Assembly (NCBI GenBank): GCA_944391465.1 | Contig: CALXTS010000001.1 | Coordinates: 26,441 to 90,440, forward strand | Source of the DNA: an uncultured Alphaproteobacteria bacterium | GTDB taxonomy: Bacteria; Pseudomonadota; Alphaproteobacteria; RF32; CAG-239 | Length of the DNA: 64,000 bases | Reading direction: 5' to 3' | Part shown: positions 30,414 to 40,701 of the stretch, piece by piece | Position numbering within the stretch: position 1 is the stretch's first letter | Layout: each line of letters begins with the position of its first letter | The notes under the pieces: model-generated | Database searches by the model: none | What the model saw: only the letters and a program-made list of their open reading frames with translations | Told to the model about the DNA's origin: nothing | Position numbers and translations under genes: made by a program

Positions 30414-31871
30414 ATGACAGGGATGATTATTCAGGGAAAAACCGGAAATTGGGAAGTTGTCTGCGGTTTGGAAATCCACTGCCAGATTATTTCAAAATCT
30501 AAAATGTTTTCTGGGGCTTCAACTCATTATGGATCTGATCCTAATGAGAATGTTTCTTTTGTTGATGCCGGAATGCCCGGTATGTTGCCGACGTTAAATA
30601 AAGAATGTGTTCGTCAGGCCGTGAAAACCGGATTAGGGTTAAATGCGGTTATTAATAAATATTCAGAGTTTGCTCGTAAGAACTATTTTTATGCCGATTT
30701 ACCTCAGGGGTATCAGATAAGCCAATTTAAGTATCCGATTGTCGGGGAAGGTTTTGTTAAAATTGATTTGGAGGACGGAAGTTCTAAAAATATCGGTATT
30801 GAACGTTTGCATATTGAGCAAGATGCCGGAAAGTCTATTCATGATATTTCCCCTGATAAAAGTTTTATTGATTTGAATCGTGCCGGGGTCGGTTTAATGG
30901 AGATTGTTACAAAACCAGATTTTCGTTCTCCGGAAGAAGCGGGTGCTTTTTTGCGTAAGTTGCGTTCAATTGTTCGTTATTTGGGAACTTGTGACGGAAA
31001 TATGGATGAAGGTTCTATGCGTTGTGATGTCAACGTTTCTGTTCGCAAGGTTGGAGAGGAAGCATATCGTACACGTTGCGAAATGAAAAACGTTAACTCT
31101 GTTAAATTTGTGATGCAGGCGATTGAAACAGAAGCTCATCGTCATGTGGAGACTTATGAAAATGGCGGGGTTATTGAACAGGAGACACGTCAGTTTGATC
31201 CGGTGAAAGGTATCAGCAAAGTTATGCGTAAAAAAGAATTTGCTCATGATTATCGTTATTTTCCGGAGCCGGATTTGTTGCCTCTGGTTCTAGATGATGA
31301 TTTTATTAATCAGGTTCGTTCAGAAATGGTTGAATTACCTGATGCCAAAAAATCTCGTTTTGTTCATGATATGGGGCTAACGCCTTATGATGCAGATGTC
31401 TTGTGTGAAAGTCGAGAAACTGCAGAATTTTTTGAAAAAGCGGCTAAAGGTAGAGATGCTAAGAAGGTTGCAAACTGGATGATGGGTGATTTCTTTGCGA
31501 TGCTTAATGAAAAGAAAATAACATTAGAAGAAAGTCCCGTTAGTGCTGAAAACCTTGGAAAATTGGTCGATTTGATTACATCTGATGTTATAAACGGAAA
31601 AACGGCCAAAGATGTTTTTGTCATTATGACAGAGACAGGTGATAATCCGGAGAAGATTGTTGAAGAAAAAGGCTTAAAACAGGTTACGGATACCGGAGCC
31701 ATTGAAGCTGTTATTGATGAAGTTATCAGTGCGAATCCTGATAATGTTGCCGCATATAAGGCCGGAAAGGTTGCTTTGATGGGGTGGTTTGTCGGACAGG
31801 TTATGAAAGCCTCTAAAGGCAAAGCTAATCCGGGAATTGTTAATAAAATATTGGCAGAAAAGCTGAAGTAG
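30414..31871 (+). CDS. gatB: Glu-tRNA(Gln) amidotransferase subunit B.
   Basis: [14 protein letters not shown]-terminus with a C-terminal GatB/YqeY domain. Confidence 0.95.
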   Translation: MTGMIIQGKTGNWEVVCGLEIHCQIISKSKMFSGASTHYGSDPNENVSFVDAGMPGMLPTLNKECVRQAVKTGLGLNAVINKYSEFARKNYFYADLPQGYQISQFKYPIVGEGFVKIDLEDGSSKNIGIERLHIEQDAGKSIHDISPDKSFIDLNRAGVGLMEIVTKPDFRSPEEAGAFLRKLRSIVRYLGTCDGNMDEGSMRCDVNVSVRKVGEEAYRTRCEMKNVNSVKFVMQAIETEAHRHVETYENGGVIEQETRQFDPVKGISKVMRKKEFAHDYRYFPEPDLLPLVLDDDFINQVRSEMVELPDAKKSRFVHDMGLTPYDADVLCESRETAEFFEKAAKGRDAKKVANWMMGDFFAMLNEKKITLEESPVSAENLGKLVDLITSDVINGKTAKDVFVIMTETGDNPEKIVEEKGLKQVTDTGAIEAVIDEVISANPDNVAAYKAGKVALMGWFVGQVMKASKGKANPGIVNKILAEKLK

Positions 31872-31886
31872 ATTGTATTTATTTCT

Positions 31887-31920
31887 AAAAAGAAGCCCCT
31901 ATGTAGGGGCTTTTTGTTTT
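31887..31920. terminator. Bidirectional terminator between gatB and the DUF192 gene.
   Basis: agcccct / atgta / ggggct flanked by an A-run and a T-run. Confidence 0.7.
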
Positions 31921-31927
31921 GAAATTT

Positions 31928-32668
31928 TTATTGTGCCGGAACCGGAATGGGTGCAGGAATTGGCTTGGGGACTTCAATAGGAGCTTTTTGAGCGCCGGTT
32001 ATTGAAGCGGGTAAGGGCAACGGGCCATTTCCGTTTGCCGGTGCGGTCGGTTTTGCGCCGGTTATTGAAGCAGGTAAGGGCAACGGGCCATTTCCGTTTG
32101 CCGGTGCGGTCGGTTTTTCAATATTTAGTTTAGGGACAGGGATTGCATCAGCCTGATTTTCTGGTGCTGCAGGAGCTGCTATCGGAGCAGGGGATGGAGC
32201 TTCAGATGTATCTAAGAGGCTTTTAAACATAGCGTGCGTGATTTTATCGCCGACTTTGATGGCGTTTTTATTAATTTGCCCCGCATTTAGTTCAATAACG
32301 GCACGAACAGGTTCTCTGCAGATGATAAGCTCTTCAGACATTGGCGTTGCATTTTCTTTTAGCATGATTACTGATGCATCTGGTCCTACAAAGAGCATAT
32401 CCAGAGGTATCTTGGTATTTTTCATCCACATGGCGACCGGACGAACTGGATAAATGTTGAAAATCATTCCGCTGTTGAAATCCAATTTTTCTCTTTTCAT
32501 TAACCCTGCCTCAAGTTCTTTTGGGGTGTTGGCGGTTTCTACCATGAAACGGACTTCTCCGTTGGTGGTTTTTATGACTAGCGGTGTCAGCGGTTTTTGT
32601 TGAACCGGTTCTTCTGAACAACTGATGACCAATAAAGTAAGCGCAAAGAGCTTAAATATTTTGTGCAT
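31928..32668 (-). CDS. Secreted DUF192 (COG1430) domain protein with a C-terminal Pro/Ala-rich tail that contains an exact 21-aa duplication.
   Basis: Signal peptide MHKIFKLFALTLLVISCSE. DUF192 core (GLMKREKLDFNSGMIFNIYPVRPVAMWMKNTKIPLDMLFV...VIELNAG) and the tail KPTAPANGNGPLPLPASITGA repeated twice. Confidence 0.7.
   Translation of the reverse strand: MHKIFKLFALTLLVISCSEEPVQQKPLTPLVIKTTNGEVRFMVETANTPKELEAGLMKREKLDFNSGMIFNIYPVRPVAMWMKNTKIPLDMLFVGPDASVIMLKENATPMSEELIICREPVRAVIELNAGQINKNAIKVGDKITHAMFKSLLDTSEAPSPAPIAAPAAPENQADAIPVPKLNIEKPTAPANGNGPLPLPASITGAKPTAPANGNGPLPLPASITGAQKAPIEVPKPIPAPIPVPAQ
31992..32117. repeat. 63-bp direct tandem repeat in two copies with one mismatch, inside the DUF192 gene.
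   Basis: gcgccggttattgaagc(g/a)ggtaagggcaacgggccatttccgtttgccggtgcggtcggtttt at 31992-32054 and 32055-32117. Confidence 0.9.
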
Positions 32669-32672
32669 TCTG

Positions 32673-33236
32673 TTACTCCTTAGTTTTTTTGCTGTTTTTT
32701 AGCGAAAGTTTTCGCGGGCTCCATTGTGAAACAACAACGGGACCGTTTTGTGAAATTAAAATCTTTTTAGGCGCGTTTCCCTTGCTTTGATTAAAAGATT
32801 CATTTCTTAAATTATCTTTGAATTCAAAAGCAATATTACTTACATCTACAATATTTCGGCGTCCGGATTGGTAATGTTTTGTATAGCCGGATGTCTTTTT
32901 TATAAAATCAGCCAATGCTTTAATGCTTAATGGAGAGTATTTTTGCCATATCAAGTCTAAAAAATTGTTTATCGGTTCTGAAAATTCGGGAATTTCCATT
33001 AACGGGCGGCCAAATGAAAGTGCTTTTTGGAGTGTGGGTTCTACAAAACCGCTGTGATCACAAATAAAAAGGCTTGGAAACAAGTAATTTCCGTCATTGA
33101 GCAGTGAATAGTGCATTTGTGCAAGAAAGATAAGGTGTTGGAGTTTTTCGGGCTCGAGGTAAAACCCTTCGCTTTCCGATTTTTTTAAAAACCAGTTAGC
33201 AGCATCAAAAGCAGAATTGATTGCAGGTGTCGGCAT
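32673..33236 (-). CDS. Panacea-domain (DUF4065, SocA-like) protein, a putative antitoxin-type module.
   Basis: FDAANWFLKK ... LEPEKLQHLIFLAQMHYSLLNDGNYLFPSLFICDHSGFVEP matches the Panacea core pattern (KLQKLLYFAQ ... F.DE.F.AW..GPV). It lies 4 nt upstream of the DUF192 gene on the same strand. Confidence 0.55.
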   Translation of the reverse strand: MPTPAINSAFDAANWFLKKSESEGFYLEPEKLQHLIFLAQMHYSLLNDGNYLFPSLFICDHSGFVEPTLQKALSFGRPLMEIPEFSEPINNFLDLIWQKYSPLSIKALADFIKKTSGYTKHYQSGRRNIVDVSNIAFEFKDNLRNESFNQSKGNAPKKILISQNGPVVVSQWSPRKLSLKNSKKTKE

Positions 33237-33421
33237 CAGAGTTTTCTCCGCGGTTTATGAATGTCTAGATTATAATATATCTCTTCTCAAATACAAATAA
33301 ATATTTTAAGTATTCAACTATAATTAAATTGCTAAAAAATTTTTTTTATGCTTGTGTTATATTCATAAATATAATATCTATACTTTTAGACGTCGTATTT
33401 TTTTTGATTAAGGATTTATCA

Positions 33422-34204
33422 ATGCTGAACTTGAAAAGTTTAAAATTATTAACGCTTTTATTTAGTTTTTCTTTTATGCTTAGTGCTTGTAACAGCGTTA
33501 TTTTTCCTGAAATAGATGAAAATGAGGAAGATATTGTTGTTCATGAGGGTGGGCGAGTTGATAAAACTAGTGGCTCTGTCGAGGAAGATGATGCTATAAA
33601 ATCTGATGCCGAGAATGCTGCTTATGAAGGGCAGGATGATGAAGAGGTTGATGAAGAACCTGAGCTTCCGGCAGATGTCAGTTCTGAAGACACTGAAATT
33701 CCTGAAGAGGATAAGGTAACACCGGCGAAGACTACTCCCGTGGCTGTGGAAGATGGTATAAGTTCAGCTGAACAAGTTGCTGAAAATCAGCAAGCTAAGT
33801 CAGATGCCTTGATTGATGAAATGCTTGGAAATTCTGATGAGCCCAGTGTAAATTATCGAGCTGAAACTATTTTGTTTGAGAATGGTAGTGCTGTTGTTGA
33901 CAGCAAATATAATGCAGCTTTAAGCAATTTAGTTAAACAGGCAAAGGCTCATAATGCGACTTTGAAGGTTTATGGATATGCTTCCAGCAGAACACGAAAT
34001 ACCGATATCGTTTCTCATAAAATGGCTAACTTTAAGGTTTCTTTACAAAGAGCTGAAAATGTTGCCGCTGTTTTAAAAAGAGCCGGTCAGCCTGCTGATA
34101 AAATTGTGATAGAGGCTTTGTCTGATTCTGCTCCGCTTTACAAAGAGGTTATGCCAGAGGGCGAAAGATTGAATCGTCGCGCCGAGGTTTATATCGTTTA
34201 TTAA
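33422..34204 (+). CDS. OmpA/Pal-family peptidoglycan-binding lipoprotein with an acidic linker.
   Basis: Lipobox LLFSFSFMLSAC. C-terminal OmpA-like domain (ILFENGSAVVDSKY ... LKVYGYASSRTRN ... SLQRAENVAAVLK ... NRRAEVYIV). Confidence 0.75.
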   Translation: MLNLKSLKLLTLLFSFSFMLSACNSVIFPEIDENEEDIVVHEGGRVDKTSGSVEEDDAIKSDAENAAYEGQDDEEVDEEPELPADVSSEDTEIPEEDKVTPAKTTPVAVEDGISSAEQVAENQQAKSDALIDEMLGNSDEPSVNYRAETILFENGSAVVDSKYNAALSNLVKQAKAHNATLKVYGYASSRTRNTDIVSHKMANFKVSLQRAENVAAVLKRAGQPADKIVIEALSDSAPLYKEVMPEGERLNRRAEVYIVY

Positions 34205-34270
34205 AAGTTTTGGGAATTTTTAAAGCGGTTTTGCGGCTTTTTGTAATATAAATGCTGTAAAATCGCTTTT

Positions 34271-36070
34271 TTGTATTTTGAGATATTGGAAAAAAAAGTG
34301 GATAATTCAGTTACCGAAATTAAGTCATTGGGCGGAAATTTGTGGAATGTTGCCCAAGCAGATGAAAGAATTGTTGAACTTATGGTTCAGCGTTACAATC
34401 TTCCCTATATTATGGCAAAAATTTTAGTTTTGCGCGGTGTAAATGTTGATGAGGTGCCTGCCTATCTTGATCCGAAAATTCAAAATCTGATGCCGAATCC
34501 TTTTGTCCTTAAGGATATGCAAAAGGTTTCTCAGCGGCTTGCAGAGGCTGTTATAAAAAAGCAAAAAGTGGCAATTATCGGGGATTATGATGTTGATGGT
34601 GCAACATCATCTTCCGTGTTGATGTTGTTTCTACGTGCGGTGGGGCTTGAACCCTTGATACATATTCCTGAACGAGATGAAGGTTATGGACCGAGTAAAA
34701 AAGCTGTTGATGATTTTAAAGCTCAAGGTGCTGAAGTTTTGGTTACGGTTGATTGCGGAACAACGGCTTTTGAGGTTTTGGAATATGCAACCTCTCAAGG
34801 AATGGAGGTTATGGTTATTGACCATCACGAAGCGGAGGCTTCCTTACCTAAAATATTCGGTGTTGTTAATCCTAAACGTTTAGACGAAGACAATGATTAT
34901 CCTTATCTGCGTTATATGGCTGCGGTTGGTGTTGTTTTTTTGACCGTGGTTGCTATTAACAGAGAATTGAGAGAAAAAGGTTTTTATAAAGCTGATATTA
35001 AAGAGCCTGATTTGATGAAGTGGCTCGATTTGGTTGCTTTGGGGACGGTTTGCGATGTTGTGCCTTTGAAAGGTTTAAATCGGGCTTATGTTAAGCAAGG
35101 GCTTAAGGTTATGGCTAATCGCGGTAATCTAGGTTTAACAGCTTTGATTGATAAGGCCGGATTGACCGAAACGCCAAGTGCTTTCCATCTCGGATATGTC
35201 TTGGGTCCGCGTATTAATGCCTGTGGTCGTGTCGGGGAATCGTATATGGGCAATAAGTTGCTTTGTGAAACGAATTCTTATCAGGCTGATTTAATGGCTG
35301 AAAAATTATGCGAATTTAATGTCCAACGTAAAGATATAGAAGCCTATGTTATGTTATCGGCTATTGAAATATTGGAAGGTAATCCTAATAAATATCCGAT
35401 AGCATTTGTTTATGCAAAAGATTGGCATCAGGGCGTTATCGGAATAGTTGCCGGAAAATTAAAGGAAAGATATAATCTGCCGTCTTTTGTGATGTCTATT
35501 GAAGATGATGAAGTTAAAGGTTCGGCTCGTTCCATTCCGCAGGTTGATTTAGGGGCTTTGGTTATGGCCGCTAAAGAAAAGGGAATCTTAACAAAGGGCG
35601 GTGGGCATACCATGGCAGCGGGTTTTTCTTTAACGGAAGACAAAATTGAAGAGTTTTATGAGTTTGCCGGACAATATGTTGTTGAGAAAATCGGCGGAGA
35701 AGCTCTTACGCCGACAATAGAAGTTGATGCAACGCTTGATGCAATGGGTATTAATTTTGAATTGGCAGATTATTTGGAAAAATTGGAGCCTTTTGGTGCC
35801 GGAAACAGCGAGCCGAAACTTTTATTAAAAAATGTAAGAGTTTCTAAATCCTCAATTGTTGGGGTGGGGCATGTTCGTTGTATTTTATCATCGGCAAACG
35901 GCGGTAGTTTGAAAGCTATGGCTTTTCGTGTGGCTGATAATGAAATCGGGAAGGCTTTACTGCAAGCAAAAGGTGATACTTTTGATGTTATCGGTGTTTT
36001 AAGAAAGGATAACTGGCAAGGAAGAAATAATCTGCAATTTATTATAGAAGATATTCGAAAACCGGTTTAA
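34271..36070 (+). CDS. recJ: Single-stranded-DNA-specific exonuclease RecJ.
   Basis: DHH motifs (VAIIGDYDVDGATSSSVL; VDCGTT; MVIDHHE) and a DHHA1 region (GGGHTMAAG). Confidence 0.92.
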   Translation: MYFEILEKKVDNSVTEIKSLGGNLWNVAQADERIVELMVQRYNLPYIMAKILVLRGVNVDEVPAYLDPKIQNLMPNPFVLKDMQKVSQRLAEAVIKKQKVAIIGDYDVDGATSSSVLMLFLRAVGLEPLIHIPERDEGYGPSKKAVDDFKAQGAEVLVTVDCGTTAFEVLEYATSQGMEVMVIDHHEAEASLPKIFGVVNPKRLDEDNDYPYLRYMAAVGVVFLTVVAINRELREKGFYKADIKEPDLMKWLDLVALGTVCDVVPLKGLNRAYVKQGLKVMANRGNLGLTALIDKAGLTETPSAFHLGYVLGPRINACGRVGESYMGNKLLCETNSYQADLMAEKLCEFNVQRKDIEAYVMLSAIEILEGNPNKYPIAFVYAKDWHQGVIGIVAGKLKERYNLPSFVMSIEDDEVKGSARSIPQVDLGALVMAAKEKGILTKGGGHTMAAGFSLTEDKIEEFYEFAGQYVVEKIGGEALTPTIEVDATLDAMGINFELADYLEKLEPFGAGNSEPKLLLKNVRVSKSSIVGVGHVRCILSSANGGSLKAMAFRVADNEIGKALLQAKGDTFDVIGVLRKDNWQGRNNLQFIIEDIRKPV

Positions 36071-36108
36071 TATATGAGAAATTTTCAAGTTTAATAAAGA
36101 GTAATGGT

Positions 36109-36813
36109 GTGAAAATGACGGATAATGCAAAAGAGCGGGCTAATAATATTAAACATATTCGTATGGAGCGGAAAAAGGCTGTTTTTATGCAGCTGGGAGC
36201 TAAACTTCGGGCTTACTTGTTTTCGGGAATTTTAGTTACGGCTCCGGTTGCTATAACTTTTTATATGGCCTATAAATTTATTTTTTGGGTCGATCGTCTG
36301 GTCAATCAAATGTTGCCGCCGCAGTATCAGTTTGATAATGTTTTTCCGTATGCCATTCCCGGTCTTGGTTTGTTGGTTTTAATTGTCTTTTTGATTATTG
36401 TCGGAATGTTTACGGCAGGTTTTTTAGGCGGTTTTTTGGTTCGGTTGGGAGAGTGGATTGTGAATAAGGTTCCGCTTATTTCCAGTGTCTATTCTCTTCT
36501 TAAACAAGTTTTTGAGACTATTTTTTCTAATAAAACTCAGGCTTTTTCTAAAGTTGTAATGTTGGAATATCCCAGAAAAGGAATTTGGATACTTGGTTTT
36601 GTCAGTGCGGAGTTAAAAGGTGAGGTCAGGGGGCATTTTCAAGAAGAAATGTTGAATATCTTTATTCCGACGACGCCAAACCCAACATCAGGTTTTTTAA
36701 TCTTTGTTCCTAAAAAAGATACTATTGAATTGAAAATGACCGTGGAAGAAGGGATTAAATTTGTGATTTCCGGTGGTTTGGTCGAACCGGAAAATATGCC
36801 GCGGAAAAAATAA
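36109..36813 (+). CDS. DUF502 (COG2928) family membrane protein.
   Basis: TM helices and the conserved LLKQVFE ... GIWILGFV ... IFIPTTPNPTSGFLIFVP block typical of DUF502. Confidence 0.65.
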   Translation: MKMTDNAKERANNIKHIRMERKKAVFMQLGAKLRAYLFSGILVTAPVAITFYMAYKFIFWVDRLVNQMLPPQYQFDNVFPYAIPGLGLLVLIVFLIIVGMFTAGFLGGFLVRLGEWIVNKVPLISSVYSLLKQVFETIFSNKTQAFSKVVMLEYPRKGIWILGFVSAELKGEVRGHFQEEMLNIFIPTTPNPTSGFLIFVPKKDTIELKMTVEEGIKFVISGGLVEPENMPRKK

Positions 36814-36936
36814 ATTATGTTTCTTGTTTGGGTAAATCTATTATTTTAAAGAGCTTTTTTGTAATAAATTAAAAAAAATACTTGATTATTTTTTTCAGGT
36901 GCTTTATTTGTAAGCACAGCTTAATTGAAGATTAAT

Positions 36937-37022
36937 GCGCTCGTGGCGGAATTGGTAGACGCGTAACGTTGAGGTCGTTATGGGCTAAGCCCGTGAAAGT
37001 TCGAGTCTTTTCGAGCGCACCA
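36937..37022 (+). tRNA. tRNA-Leu (anticodon GAG).
   Basis: GCGCTCG acceptor, a long variable arm (atgggctaagcccgt), the anticodon loop ttGAGgt, and a 3' CCA. Confidence 0.85.
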
Positions 37023-37108
37023 TCTTTTGATTAAGTTATTTTTTTATTCATTTTACAGGTTCAGAATCGGCACGATATATTTCAACTTTTAAATTTGAGG
37101 AGGGAATT

Positions 37109-38545
37109 ATGAGTAAAAAGCACAACAAAAGCCTCTTCAATCATAAAAGAAAAATTCTGAACAGAAAGAAAAAAATTCAAAATAAAAATCAGTCCGGATA
37201 TTTATTGGGAATTGGACCGCACATGGTTAATTCCATTGAAGTCGCTTTGCGAGAGGGCGACGATATTCATGTACGGAAAATTGTTGAAGGGCTTGATGAA
37301 TATGAACTTGCCAAGTTGATAGAAGTTCTTGATTTCAGTTCTCGTAAAAAGTTGATAGAAATTTTGGGAGATCGGATTAATCCTGATGTATTTCCCGAAT
37401 TAAACGATGTTGTTCAGGAACAGGTTATTGAAACCTTAGACGAACCTCAGATTGTTAAAATTGCTAATGAACTTGATTCTGATGAAGTTGTCGAAATCTT
37501 GGAACATATGGATGAAGATGAGCAGAATCATATTATTGCGCAACTTGATCCGGAATTAAAATATCAGGTTCAGTCTTCCTTATCTTATCCCGAAGATTCT
37601 GCAGGGCGTTTGATGACGCGCGAATTTGTTGCGATGCCTGATGGTTGGACGGTTAAAGATGCCAAAGAATATCTTTTGAAAAATCAAGAATTGCCGGAAG
37701 ATTTTTATGAAATATTTTTAACGGATGATAAGTATCATCCTACAGGGCAGATTGCTTTGGATAAACTTTTGCGAGCAAAACCTTCTCAACGTTTGTATGA
37801 TATTATGGATGGTGAGATTGTTCCGATTGATGTTGACACCGACCAAGAGGAAGTCGCTCATATGTTTAGAGAGTATGGTTGGATGTCGGCAATGGTAGTT
37901 GATAAACGAGGACATTTAATCGGCGCAATCAATATTGACGAGGTTGTTGATGTTATTCATGAAGAAGTTTCTGAAGATATCATGCACTTGTCGGGAACTG
38001 AGGAAGGTGATGTTTATAGATCCGTATTTTCTATCTTTCGTTCAAGGGTTGTTTGGTTGATTACTAATTTGTTTGCAACCATTTTAGCGGCATCTGTAGT
38101 AAAAGGTTTTCAAGATATTATTGCGCAGGTTTCCATTTTGGCTGTATTGATGCCGATTGTTGCTTCAATGGGCGGAACAACCGGAAATCAAACCTTGGCG
38201 GTTGTGGTTCGGGCTTTGGCTACAAAAGAATTAACTTCTTGTAATACGCTGAGAGTTATCGGAAAAGAATTTTTGGTTGGTTTATCAAACGGAATGTTGT
38301 TTGCCGGATTGATTGCCTTGATTACGCATATTTGGTTTCCCGAACACCAAATCATCAGCTTGATTATTGCAATTGCCATGCTCATAAATTTGACAATTGC
38401 AAGTTTGGCTGGAATTCTAATTCCTTTATTACTTAATAAACTTAAGGTTGATCCGGCAATCTCTTCGGGAGTATTTTTAATTGCAATTACTGATTCCGGC
38501 GGTTTCTTTGTCTTTTTAGGTTTGGCTAAGTTGTTTTTGTTCTAA
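37109..38545 (+). CDS. mgtE: Magnesium transporter MgtE.
   Basis: An N-domain, tandem CBS domains and a C-terminal MgtE TM domain (PIVASMGGTTGNQ ... ITDSGGFFVFLGLA). Confidence 0.9.
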   Translation: MSKKHNKSLFNHKRKILNRKKKIQNKNQSGYLLGIGPHMVNSIEVALREGDDIHVRKIVEGLDEYELAKLIEVLDFSSRKKLIEILGDRINPDVFPELNDVVQEQVIETLDEPQIVKIANELDSDEVVEILEHMDEDEQNHIIAQLDPELKYQVQSSLSYPEDSAGRLMTREFVAMPDGWTVKDAKEYLLKNQELPEDFYEIFLTDDKYHPTGQIALDKLLRAKPSQRLYDIMDGEIVPIDVDTDQEEVAHMFREYGWMSAMVVDKRGHLIGAINIDEVVDVIHEEVSEDIMHLSGTEEGDVYRSVFSIFRSRVVWLITNLFATILAASVVKGFQDIIAQVSILAVLMPIVASMGGTTGNQTLAVVVRALATKELTSCNTLRVIGKEFLVGLSNGMLFAGLIALITHIWFPEHQIISLIIAIAMLINLTIASLAGILIPLLLNKLKVDPAISSGVFLIAITDSGGFFVFLGLAKLFLF

Positions 38546-38591
38546 ATTTTATATGAATATCTTTGAGTTAATGCTTTTTATTTAGAGCTGA

Positions 38592-39122
38592 TTGGCATAT
38601 AGTGGTATCGTTATTTGGATTTTTAAGGGAGAAGTTGACGTGCGGCTAGGGCTGTTAGTGGCGTTGGGTGTGATTGTATCTGACCAATTTACGAAATATT
38701 TTGTTTTGAATCTTTTGTTGGATGAACGCGCCGGAATTGTTTATTCGTCTTTTTTTAATGTTGTGAGAGCTTGGAATACCGGTGTCAGTTTTTCAATGTT
38801 TAATAATTACGGAAATCTTGGTGCAATTGTTTTATCTGTGATTGCTTTTGCGATTGTTGCTTTTTTGGTTTATTGGTTACGAAGTGAAAAAAGTCGCTTG
38901 GCTCAGGTGTCCCTTGGGTTTATTATAGGCGGAGCTCTCGGAAATGTAATTGATAGGGTGCGCTTTGGAGCTGTTTTTGATTTTTTGGATTTTCATATCG
39001 GAGAAAATCATTGGCCGGCATTTAATTTAGCTGACAGCTTTATTTGTGTCGGCGCGACTCTGTTGATTGCGCAGAGCCTTTTTGAAATATGGGCAAAAAA
39101 AGAGGTGAAAAATGAAAATTAA
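38592..39122 (+). CDS. lspA: Lipoprotein signal peptidase II (LspA). The true start is uncertain and may be a GTG near 38640.
   Basis: Conserved WNTGVSFSMF and FNLADSFICVGATLL (catalytic Asp) motifs. Confidence 0.8.
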   Translation: MAYSGIVIWIFKGEVDVRLGLLVALGVIVSDQFTKYFVLNLLLDERAGIVYSSFFNVVRAWNTGVSFSMFNNYGNLGAIVLSVIAFAIVAFLVYWLRSEKSRLAQVSLGFIIGGALGNVIDRVRFGAVFDFLDFHIGENHWPAFNLADSFICVGATLLIAQSLFEIWAKKEVKNEN

Positions 39123-39363
39123 GCAATGGATGTTTATATGTTTGCTGTTTTGTATCTTTTTGTCAGGTTGCAAAAATACAACTAAAGCGGATTTGGGGTT
39201 GGCAAATCAGGCTCCTGATGAGTTTATGGTCATGCCTCGCAAACCGTTATCTCTTCCTCCTGAGTTTGATTTGCGTCCGGTAAGTGAGTCGCAAAATGGA
39301 GAAAATGCGTCTCTTTCTGATGCAGAAGCGGGGTTAATTGATCAACTGAAAGGCAATAAATAG
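39112..39363 (+). CDS. Small lipoprotein (DUF3035-like).
   Basis: Lipobox IFLSGC. The gene overlaps the lspA stop. Confidence 0.5.
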   Translation: MKIKQWMFICLLFCIFLSGCKNTTKADLGLANQAPDEFMVMPRKPLSLPPEFDLRPVSESQNGENASLSDAEAGLIDQLKGNK

Positions 39364-39369
39364 AGCTGT

Positions 39370-40701
39370 ATGGTAAGATATTTTGCATATATTTTATTCT
39401 TGCTGATGCTTGTGTCGGTTAGGCCGACGCAAGCAAAGCTGTTTAATGGTGAGGAGTTTTATTTGGAAAACGGCTTGCAAGTAATTGTCGTGCCGAATCA
39501 TAGGGTTCCGATTATCAAACATATGTTATGGTATAAATCCGGAAGTGCCGATGAACCTCTCGGAAAAGGCGGTGTTGCTCATTTATTGGAGCATCTGATG
39601 TTTAGAGGAACGCACAAAATTCCAGATAATAAGTTTAATGAAATTATGGATGATAACGGTGCTGAAAGTAATGCTTTTACCAGTCTTGATATGACGACAT
39701 ATCATCAGAGTTTGGATATTTCTCGCTTGGAAATGGCTATGTTTTTGGAAGCTGATCGTATGCAGAATCTTAATTTTAGTAAAGAGGCTTTTGAGGCGGA
39801 AAAAAATATTGTTTTTCAAGAAAGAAAACAGAGAGTTGATAATAATCCGGCGGCTTATTTCGGTGAGGCAATGCGTCGCGGATTGTGGCAAAATCATCCT
39901 TATAGCCGTCCGGTTACAGGAACTGATGAGGAAATTTTAAGCCTAACGCCTCAAGATGTTATGGATTTTTATAAAAAACATTATACTCCCAACAATGCTG
40001 TTTTGGTTCTCTCCGGTGATATAGATGTTTATACGGCCAAAAAATTGGCCGAAAAGTATTATGGCGGAATATCTAAAGGGAAAAAAATCGAAAAATCAGA
40101 TACTCCGGTAATTGAGCCTAGTTTGCGTCAAGAGATTTCGATGTCTCGTCCTCAGATTAACAGTGTGAGTGTGGTGAAGACATACGCTGCGCCGTCGTTT
40201 AATTTTATGCCTGAATATCAGTATGCTTTAAGTGTGTTGGCATCGTATATGGGGGATGGCGATACATCAAAACTTTATAAAAAACTTGTATTGAGAGATA
40301 AAAAAGCTCTGGTAGTTTCTGTTTCTTATGACGGAGTTGCTGACAGTTATGGTACTTTCAGCATATCTGCGGTTCCTCAAGACGGCATAACCCCTGATGA
40401 ATTGATTGTTTCTATCAATAATGCCTGGGCAGAGGCTTTGGCCGAACTTGATGAAAAAGAGCTTTCCAGAATTAAGCAAAAGTTACTCGCCGGTTTGGTC
40501 TATTTGAAAGATAATCCTAAGGATGCGGCTTATATCGTCGGTTCAATGGCGGTTGTCGGAATCCCGTTGGAGGAAATTGAAAAACAATCTGATAAAATAA
40601 AAGAGGTTCGCCTTGTTGATATGAAAAAAGCTGCGGCATTATTAGAAAAAAAATCTCCGCAGATTACGGGCGTTTTATTGCCTGATGGAGGTGCTGAATG
40701 A
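39370..40701 (+). CDS. M16 family zinc peptidase (pitrilysin-like), the active subunit.
   Basis: Inverted zinc motif HLLEHLMFRGT with a downstream Glu (LEAD...E). Confidence 0.85.
   Translation: MVRYFAYILFLLMLVSVRPTQAKLFNGEEFYLENGLQVIVVPNHRVPIIKHMLWYKSGSADEPLGKGGVAHLLEHLMFRGTHKIPDNKFNEIMDDNGAESNAFTSLDMTTYHQSLDISRLEMAMFLEADRMQNLNFSKEAFEAEKNIVFQERKQRVDNNPAAYFGEAMRRGLWQNHPYSRPVTGTDEEILSLTPQDVMDFYKKHYTPNNAVLVLSGDIDVYTAKKLAEKYYGGISKGKKIEKSDTPVIEPSLRQEISMSRPQINSVSVVKTYAAPSFNFMPEYQYALSVLASYMGDGDTSKLYKKLVLRDKKALVVSVSYDGVADSYGTFSISAVPQDGITPDELIVSINNAWAEALAELDEKELSRIKQKLLAGLVYLKDNPKDAAYIVGSMAVVGIPLEEIEKQSDKIKEVRLVDMKKAAALLEKKSPQITGVLLPDGGAE

Noticed and set aside
37023-37108. Possible M-box (Mg) riboswitch upstream of mgtE.
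   Set aside because: The intergenic region is only 86 nt and lacks M-box conserved elements.
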